In this document: piece by piece, positions 30,261 to 36,789 of the stretch
Position numbering within the stretch: position 1 is the stretch's first letter
Layout: each line of letters begins with the position of its first letter
Origin: Synechococcus sp.
Lineage (GTDB): Bacteria; Cyanobacteriota; Cyanobacteriia; Thermostichales; PCC-7336
Assembly (NCBI GenBank): GCA_051439605.1
Contig: JBFRWN010000019.1
Span: forward strand, 1-36,789
Direction: 5' to 3'
DNA: 36,789 nucleotides
Notes under the pieces: model-generated
What the model saw: only the letters and a program-made list of their open reading frames with translations
What the model was told of the DNA's origin: nothing
The model's database searches: none
Position numbers and translations under genes: made by a program

Positions 30261-31349
30261 TTATTCGTGATAGTCATGGGTAATAAAGCCACGATCTTTA
30301 AGGAGGCGATCGCGCTTGGCAGCAACAAGATCCTCCCTGACCATTTCTGCCACTAATTCCTCCAAGGTGGTGCTTGGAGTCCAGCCCAGTTTCACGCGGG
30401 CTTTGCTGGGATCGCCGATTAAAGACTCTACCTCAGTTGGACGATAGTAGTGGGGATCCACCTCTACAATGCATTTTCCGTCCTGGCCGTATCCTTTTTC
30501 TTCAGGGCCGCTCCCCTTCCAGGTCACAGTTATTCCAACTTCTTTGCAGGCGGTTTCAATAAACTCTCGAACGCTGTATTGTATCCCCGTAGCAATCACG
30601 TAATCCTCCGGTGTGTCCTGTTGCAGCATCCTCCACTGCATTTCGACGTAATCGCGGGCATGTCCCCAATCTCGTTTGGCATCCAGATTGCCAATGTAGA
30701 GTCGGTCTTGCAAACCCAACTTGATGCGGGCGATAGCTCGGGTGATCTTCCGAGTCACAAAGGTTTCGCCTCGGAGAGGAGATTCGTGGTTGAACAGGAT
30801 TCCGTTGCAAGCATACATGCCGTAGGCTTCTCGGTAGTTCACTACGATCCAGTAGGCATACAATTTGGCAACGGCGTAAGGCGATCGGGGGTAAAAGGGT
30901 GTGGTTTCTGTTTGCGGTATCTCTTGAACTAAGCCGTATAGTTCGGAAGTAGATGCTTGGTAGAAGCGGGTCTTATGCTCCATTCCCAATATGCGTATGG
31001 CGTCCAGCAGGCGTAACGTACCCAGGCCATCGGTATTGGCGGTGTACTCGGGGGTTTCAAAGGAAACAGCAACGTGGCTTTGGGCACCTAGATTATAAAT
31101 TTCATCCGGCTGTACATCCTGGACAATACGGATCAGGTTTGTGGAATCGGTGAGATCGCCATAGTGCAGTAAAAATCGACGGTTTTCTACATGGGGATCT
31201 TGATACAGATGATCGATGCGTGAGGTATTGAATAAAGACGAACGTCTTTTTATGCCATGAACTTCATAGCCCTTTTCAAGCAACAGTTCAGACAGGTAGG
31301 CACCATCTTGGCCAGTGACACCCGAAATCAGTGCAACTTTTCGGTTCAT
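30261..31349 (-). CDS. gmd: GDP-mannose 4,6-dehydratase
   Basis: [48 protein letters not shown]. Confidence 0.97.
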   Translation of the reverse strand: MNRKVALISGVTGQDGAYLSELLLEKGYEVHGIKRRSSLFNTSRIDHLYQDPHVENRRFLLHYGDLTDSTNLIRIVQDVQPDEIYNLGAQSHVAVSFETPEYTANTDGLGTLRLLDAIRILGMEHKTRFYQASTSELYGLVQEIPQTETTPFYPRSPYAVAKLYAYWIVVNYREAYGMYACNGILFNHESPLRGETFVTRKITRAIARIKLGLQDRLYIGNLDAKRDWGHARDYVEMQWRMLQQDTPEDYVIATGIQYSVREFIETACKEVGITVTWKGSGPEEKGYGQDGKCIVEVDPHYYRPTEVESLIGDPSKARVKLGWTPSTTLEELVAEMVREDLVAAKRDRLLKDRGFITHDYHE

Positions 31350-31924
31350 CAAGTTATAACCTTTCCTCGACTGTAGTGAAAATATTCAGCAACGATTTCA
31401 AGAGAACAGCGAGCCGCATAAAAGCGGATGGAAATGAGTAGGTCGAAACGAATGCCGCAGTATGTAGGGGGTAAAGTTGGCTAATAGTGCCAGAAACAGA
31501 CAAGTCTCGCAATCCTACAGGGTTTGTTATTACAACATATCTGAAACCTCAGATTAGCTTCAACACTCGCATGCATAACAGTTTCGAGACTGTAGACAGG
31601 AACTTGAAAGACAAAGTAGCGGGATATGATAGAAAACTGCAATGAAAGATAAAAGCAGTTTAGGCCATACAAAGTGAGAGCGCAAATAAAGAGTTGAATA
31701 CAGTAAAAAATACTAAATCGATGAATGCGATCGAGCGCAATGAGAATAACTAACGCCCAGCCCGATCGGCAGATGTCTATTTGCACCTAAGTAAGCTTTT
31801 CACAAAGATCTTGAGAAATCTCAATATCTAGAGGCTATTCGACCGGAAATACCCGAAGCAAGTCTGATAGGATGTTAGGAAATATTCTTAGAGTAGCCAT
31901 GCCATTGTAATGCTTCAGAAAATT

Positions 31925-33412
31925 CTAAAGGACGAGTAAATCATCTACAAGATTAAGCCCCTGGGGAATCAACTTTCCGCCCAAAGCTGAATCCTTAATC
32001 CAGCCATCGATAATTACTGGTTGGCGATCGCCTGAGTTGTTTCCTTCTGCAGAGCAATGTACGCCATACTCAGAACAATCGCGTATGTAGGTTCTTGTCA
32101 AAATAATGTCACTGAGAATATCAAGTCTTTGTAACCTAACCCCTGATTTCCGACAGTTCATAATAGAAGCACAATTGATGAATATAGAGTTAACAGAGCC
32201 AGTATGGGGCTCGATATTGATGCCATGATTTGCCACTCCAAAGATTCTTGGACTATCTATAACAATACCAGAGCAATCATTCAGATAAATCCCATCATAT
32301 CCGCTGACATTATTATTTTGCTTAGTAATAGTAGCTCCTATGATTTGTGCATCTCGTACTTCTTCTAGTCTAATTCCATCTTCGTTAGTACCGGGTTTAG
32401 AACGTGATGCGCTATCGACAATCATCGGTGAGATTAAGGAAAGTCCAGTAACTGTATTTCCTGTACCAGGATGAGCTTTAAATCCACATTGGCCTGATTT
32501 ACGAATAATAGGCCCGACAAAGGAGATATGCTCGCTTTGAAACGTGTCAGGGCCACCAATACGAATCCCATGTTCTCCAGAATCTTCAATAATAACTCCA
32601 TTGAAGATTGCATTTTTAACAGAACTCAAAAGAATTCCATTGTGGCCTGGCTTATGTTCTGAATTAGGGGAGAGACCGGTGCAGGTCAATGCATTTACTG
32701 TGAAATTCTCAACATTACGAAGAAAAAGTCCTCGACTGTAAGACTCGATTCTGATTTTATCAATTGTGAGATTTTTGCAATTAAAGGCAACAACTGCTTT
32801 ATCACAGCCACGACATATAATCTGCCCCACCTTTATATTATCACCTCGCAATTGAATCATTCCATCAAGAATATCGTTTCCTCTTGCAACTTGAACTGTG
32901 CTGGACACTGATAATTGAGCAACTTGACATCTTTCGCTCAAAACAATACATCTCTGAAGCATAGAGGATTTGGAGATCTCTAAACACAAAGTATCTGCGA
33001 CAACTTGCTTTTCTAATTTCAAGACTGCTGCATTTCCTCGGACTGCTCTGTCTGTTAGAAGTTTTAGCTGGCCAATAATTCGAGTTCGTTCGGGAACAAC
33101 GAGGCGTGAAACGAGATAGACATTTGAAGGGTTAGGAAAAAATATTGAGCCGCCTCTCGCATCATTGAACAGCTGTTGCAAAGCATCAGTATCGTCATTG
33201 ATGCCATCACCTTTGAGATTAAAGGAATCCGGTACCAAAAAGCTTTTAATTGAATCTTTTTGAAGATTATGATTGCTTGATAGAAATTCGGTGCTCTCTG
33301 TTTGTGTAGAATTTATTTCTGCTTGTCTAGAGCAACTTAAACCGAACAAGCTTGATGTGCCTGCAGCTGCTGCAGCAATTGCAGATTTACTTACAAAACT
33401 ACGCCTTTCCAT
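31925..33412 (-). CDS. Tat-signal right-handed parallel beta-helix protein (pectate-lyase-3/tailspike-like glycan-processing enzyme); ATG 33412 preferred
   Basis: MERRSFVSK twin-arginine motif after an AAGGAG RBS; cap motif KGDGINDDTDALQ; repeated beta-helix rungs (GHNGILL, GEHGIRI, NEDGIRL, GYDGIYL, ANHGINI). Confidence 0.75.
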   Translation of the reverse strand: MERRSFVSKSAIAAAAAGTSSLFGLSCSRQAEINSTQTESTEFLSSNHNLQKDSIKSFLVPDSFNLKGDGINDDTDALQQLFNDARGGSIFFPNPSNVYLVSRLVVPERTRIIGQLKLLTDRAVRGNAAVLKLEKQVVADTLCLEISKSSMLQRCIVLSERCQVAQLSVSSTVQVARGNDILDGMIQLRGDNIKVGQIICRGCDKAVVAFNCKNLTIDKIRIESYSRGLFLRNVENFTVNALTCTGLSPNSEHKPGHNGILLSSVKNAIFNGVIIEDSGEHGIRIGGPDTFQSEHISFVGPIIRKSGQCGFKAHPGTGNTVTGLSLISPMIVDSASRSKPGTNEDGIRLEEVRDAQIIGATITKQNNNVSGYDGIYLNDCSGIVIDSPRIFGVANHGINIEPHTGSVNSIFINCASIMNCRKSGVRLQRLDILSDIILTRTYIRDCSEYGVHCSAEGNNSGDRQPVIIDGWIKDSALGGKLIPQGLNLVDDLLVL

Positions 33413-33820
33413 AAGTGAGTATCTCCTTAGTAAGAATTTAGGTTGAAAATTCGGGAACGAAAGAAGGCCTGGGTTGCTGAGGATGGGCATCAGCCATCAA
33501 TGGCTGCTAAAAAGGTTAGGTTAATGTACGTCCATGCTGCCAGTAGAATGGATTATCGCTGAGCAATGCCGTCGTTTGCTCAAACCGCTGCATTATGCGT
33601 GAGCCACTAGTGACTTTACGTTATGTCTCGGCTAAGTGCAGGAAAACTCGGCCAAATTGTCATCCGGTGAAATCTCCGGATAGCCAAGAAAATACCACCA
33701 TAGCTTTGACTTTTTCATTAAGGAATGCAATAACTAAATCGACGTATGTCCCCGGCTTTGCGAGGTGTATGCCTCTTTTTTGTAGGATAAGTTGAGTGAG
33801 CCGCATGCTCTTAATGTCAA

Positions 33821-34591
33821 CTAACTCGGCATTACAAAGGTCTTGTAAGAAAGCTGCGCTAACTTTATATTTCTGGGGGATCTATTTCTTGCCCATAGAT
33901 TCTTTGTAGGTTTACTTATTGCAGGGAAACCTTTTGCAGAAGACATCCTTGGCACTTCACTGGTAACTAAGGCACCATAGCCTATAACACTGCAGGCGCC
34001 AATCTTAGGACACATGAAAATCTTTGCTTTCTGTCCAACCCAAACATGGGGCTCAATATGCAAGGATTTACGTCGGGTAGCGATCTCGTTTGTTTCGGTA
34101 TTGATGAAGACATGTCCAGAGTGAGTCCTTATCTCAACACCTGAGGCAAACATACAATCATCGCCAAGCAAAATGCCAGAATGGGAAACGTTGATTTTAA
34201 TATCATTTGAAGAAATACCTTTACCAATAATTACATCGCAATTATCTCTAACCTCAACTAAACCTGAAAACTTACACCACTTCGTGTTGCCACAAAGAAA
34301 AACATTGCTATTACTTCCAAGAAATTTAATTTTAAGATTGCTATTATAATTTCCAGAGATAAATATTTTATTATTTCGGCAAGAAGCAGAATTCTTGTGC
34401 TTAATGGTTGGAAGTTTTAGGGATGAAGATCTTGAACTTTTTATATATACATCAAAAGAATCATTTGAAAACTTATTTTTACTCGTTAAGGAAAATATAC
34501 CTTCATCTCGATGAATCACGGATAGTGAAGCATTAATATCAGGGATACTAAAAGATCTGCCGAAAATTTTTATCGCTTCATCGAAAGTCAT
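33821..34591 (-). CDS. Hexapeptide-repeat (LbH) O-acetyltransferase, polysaccharide-modifying type
   Basis: LGDDCMFASGVEIRTHSGH and HIEPHVWVGQ...IGACSVIGYGALVT motifs; AT-rich codons. Confidence 0.75.
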   Translation of the reverse strand: MTFDEAIKIFGRSFSIPDINASLSVIHRDEGIFSLTSKNKFSNDSFDVYIKSSRSSSLKLPTIKHKNSASCRNNKIFISGNYNSNLKIKFLGSNSNVFLCGNTKWCKFSGLVEVRDNCDVIIGKGISSNDIKINVSHSGILLGDDCMFASGVEIRTHSGHVFINTETNEIATRRKSLHIEPHVWVGQKAKIFMCPKIGACSVIGYGALVTSEVPRMSSAKGFPAISKPTKNLWARNRSPRNIKLAQLSYKTFVMPS

Positions 34592-34862
34592 AATCTATAA
34601 GTAAACTACGTTACGAGACATTTAAGAAAATTGGATTACACTCAATGCACGGGGTGATTGTATCTTAGAAGAAATCTCGCTATTGTGAAGGTATCTTAAT
34701 GAAGATTTTCGGCAGACATAAGATCTGTTGAGTAATTTTTGTCTTACATTCATTGTTTTCAACTAAAAGGACCTAAGAAGCTACTCGTCTTTTGGCCAGG
34801 TGATTAAAGTAGTAAAATCTTCATCATTCAGGGAGCAAGAAAGAGAAGAATTTTCAAGAACG

Positions 34863-35090
34863 GGTCGTGAACCAAAGAAGCGTGTGATGCGTCATAAGAG
34901 TGGGTTGAGTACGTACGTAGAGATGAAATGTCTATTTTGCGATCATCCCAAAGCCCACAAATACGGTAAGACGAGTAAAGGTAGCCAACGTTTCCTCTGC
35001 ACCAACTGATAGCGGACCTATACTGACACCTTTCGATACCTTGTACTACCGACGCCGGTAGTACACTGAATGTAAAGATAGACCTTAGTT
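34863..35090 (+). pseudogene. IS1-family left end with degraded InsA zinc-finger ORF
   Basis: ATG at 34923 gives MKCLFCDHPKAHKYGKTSKGSQRFLCTN, then TGA TAG where C-Q is expected, then RTYTDTF, a frameshift near 35031-35033, and DTLYYRRR. Putative left end GGTCGTGAACC at 34863. Truncated by IS4. Confidence 0.75.
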
Positions 35091-36576
35091 CAATGGCACT
35101 GAAATAAAGGCATAGAGAAAGGCTCAACGGCCGGATGTGAAAGGATCGCAGCCAGAAGAGCCCCAAACGAATTGTCCCCACTATGCCGAATCGAGCCGAG
35201 ATCCTCAAGCAGAAATTGCTCAACAGTATGGGCCTACCCTGGCAGGAGTTGTTACCCGCCTCAGCGATCGAGAAAGTGCTGGCAGACGAACAGGTGAGCT
35301 ATCGGCAACGTGTCTACACCCCAGTCGTGACCTTGTGGATGTTTCTGTCTCAAGTGCTAGATGCAGACAAGAGTTTGCAAAATGCAGTCAATCGAGCGAG
35401 CGCTTGGTTGACGGTGGCAGGAGGAGCAGTTCCTTCATCAGATACAGGAGCCTACAGCAAAGCACGCAAACGCCTGCCAGAGGGAGTGGTCAAGCGACTG
35501 TTGCAGCAAACCGCAGAGGGGATTGAGGCCAAAGTCGAACACGAGCAATTGTGGTGTGGTCGTCCCGTCAAAGTCTGCGATGGCACCTCAGTCCTGATGA
35601 GCGACACCAACGCCAACCAGCAGGTGTATCCCCAACACAGCAACCAAGCAGCGGGCTGTGGATTTCCCATTGCCCAACTGGTAGTGATGTTCTCCCTGAC
35701 CACAGGAGCCGTCTTGGATGCGATGCTGGCTACCTTCTCCACTAGCGAGTTAACGCTGGCCCGTCAGCTTTACCAACAGCTCCATGCACAGGATGTGGTG
35801 CTAGCCGATTCGGCCTTCGGCACCTATGCGGATCTGGCTTTGGTGCAAGCCGCCGGAGCGGATGGAGTCTTTCGCAAGCAGCACGCTCGCAAGACCGATT
35901 TCCGCACAGGCAAAAAGCTCGGCATCGGCGACCACATTGTCACCTGGTTTCGACCCGCCAAGTCGGCCTCAGCCTTAGCAGAGCAAGACTTTGCTCGTCT
36001 GCCAGCAACCTTGCTCGTGAGAGAGGTTCACTTGCTCCTCTATCGCAAGGGCTTTCGGCCCAAAGAGATTATCCTAGTCACCACTCTGCTCGACCCCCAA
36101 CAATATTCCAAGCAGAAGCTAGCCGACCTGTATGACCGGCGCTGGCAAGCTGCTGAGGTTAATCTCAAACATCTCAAAACCACTTTGAATATGGAGATGC
36201 TCACCGCTCAAACGCCCCAGATGGTGCGCAAAGCAATCTGGGTGCACATGATGGCCTACAACTTACTACGCACCTTGATGTGGCAAGCCCGCCCAACAGT
36301 TGCTGACGGGAAAACTCCGCAGCTATCGCTGCAAGGCACTCGTCAAGTTTTCAACCAGTTCGTCCCGCTGTTGGCAACTGCCAGCCAACAGTCGCATCGC
36401 TCTCTCGACCGCCAACTGTTGGTGCTAGTTGCACAACAATTACTTCCCTTGCGTCCGGGTCGGATTGAACCGAGGGTTCGAAAAAGGAGACCCAAGCCCT
36501 TTCCCTTGATGAAGCACCCAAGACCTATTCTCAAGCGTAAGCTAACTGCGTAGTTCGGCTTATTTCAGTGCCATTG
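35091..36576 (+). mobile_element. IS4-family insertion sequence, 1486 bp, structurally complete
   Basis: Perfect 17-bp terminal inverted repeats CAATGGCACTGAAATAA (35091-35107 and 36560-36576) enclosing one transposase ORF; no flanking direct repeat. Confidence 0.93.
35183..36553 (+). CDS. IS4-family DDE transposase
   Basis: DDE residues in VCDGTS, LADSAFG and the YREK-like YDRRWQAAEVNLKHLK; C-terminal RPGR.EPRV.KRRPK. Confidence 0.92.
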   Translation: MPNRAEILKQKLLNSMGLPWQELLPASAIEKVLADEQVSYRQRVYTPVVTLWMFLSQVLDADKSLQNAVNRASAWLTVAGGAVPSSDTGAYSKARKRLPEGVVKRLLQQTAEGIEAKVEHEQLWCGRPVKVCDGTSVLMSDTNANQQVYPQHSNQAAGCGFPIAQLVVMFSLTTGAVLDAMLATFSTSELTLARQLYQQLHAQDVVLADSAFGTYADLALVQAAGADGVFRKQHARKTDFRTGKKLGIGDHIVTWFRPAKSASALAEQDFARLPATLLVREVHLLLYRKGFRPKEIILVTTLLDPQQYSKQKLADLYDRRWQAAEVNLKHLKTTLNMEMLTAQTPQMVRKAIWVHMMAYNLLRTLMWQARPTVADGKTPQLSLQGTRQVFNQFVPLLATASQQSHRSLDRQLLVLVAQQLLPLRPGRIEPRVRKRRPKPFPLMKHPRPILKRKLTA

Positions 36577-36784
36577 CACTTTACATGCCGTCTTTAGTTG
36601 CAACTCGCGTTAACCCAGTGATTAAGACTTTCTACCAGCGTTTGCTTCAGCGAGGCAAACTCAAAAAAGTCGCTTTGACTGCTTGTATGCACAAACTCCT
36701 GCTCATCCTCAACGCCATTGCCAAAAGTGGTCAGCCCTGGTGCAATCCCATAGCAAGAGAGGCTTGACTTCCAAGACAATCGCT
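36577..36784 (+). pseudogene. IS110-family transposase C-terminal fragment plus element right end
   Basis: (A)LYMPSLVATRVNPVIKTFYQRLLQRGKLKKVALTACMHKLLLILNAI..SG.PW is the typical IS110 C-terminus; followed by a CTTGACTTCCAAGACAATCGCT right-end-like sequence. Confidence 0.85.
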
Positions 36785-36789
36785 TACAT

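Larger units (their letters stand above)
4421..32031. repeat. HIP1 (GCGATCGC) octamer dispersed through the window
   Basis: Examples at 4421, 9902, 13522, 17002, 20523, 22118, 24102, 30306 and 32024. More than twenty copies seen by eye, far above chance for an 8-mer in 37 kb. Confidence 0.9.

Noticed and set aside
31481..31786. 101-aa hydrophobic ORF upstream of gmd
   Set aside because: No RBS or motifs, and its composition is typical of spurious AT-rich ORFs; a degraded gene cannot be excluded.
35070..36586. ATGTAAAG (35070-35077) / CTTTACAT (36579-36586) inverted 8-mer outside the IS4 ends
   Set aside because: Asymmetric distances from the inverted repeats, and the right copy is IS110 coding sequence; likely coincidence.
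1..36789. CRISPR arrays, tRNA/rRNA genes, prophage or defence genes
   Set aside because: No regularly spaced repeats, cloverleaf or rRNA signatures, or such protein motifs were seen.

Overview
Chromosomal window from a cyanobacterium. This is supported by dense HIP1 GCGATCGC sites, PetP, a Get3d-type ATPase, a plastoquinone prenyltransferase and cyanobacterial SecA and COX. An AcpS-type phosphopantetheinyl transferase hints at an early-branching lineage (inference). Positions ~0.3-29 kb are mostly housekeeping genes: plqA/ubiA, PGM/PMM, mrp, acpS, rbp, lpxD, dacB, ahcY, Get3d, HU-like, petP, coaX, secA, pth, coxBAC, lpdA and ispD. From ~29.3 kb there is a surface-polysaccharide module (fcl, gmd, a Tat-exported beta-helix protein and an O-acetyltransferase). 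Its distal part is AT-rich and ends at an IS pile-up: an IS1 remnant, an intact IS4 with 17-bp inverted repeats but no target duplication, and an IS110 3' remnant. The best candidate for an undescribed system is a ZIP-family transporter with a complete cyclic-nucleotide-binding domain inserted in its TM3-TM4 loop and His-free metal-site motifs. Other notable items are a Cox2-like oxidase operon, a proteobacterial-type ahcY, a divergent HU paralog inside the petP-Get3d cluster, and a tailspike-like Tat protein. All family assignments come from motif recognition by eye; no database searches were run.
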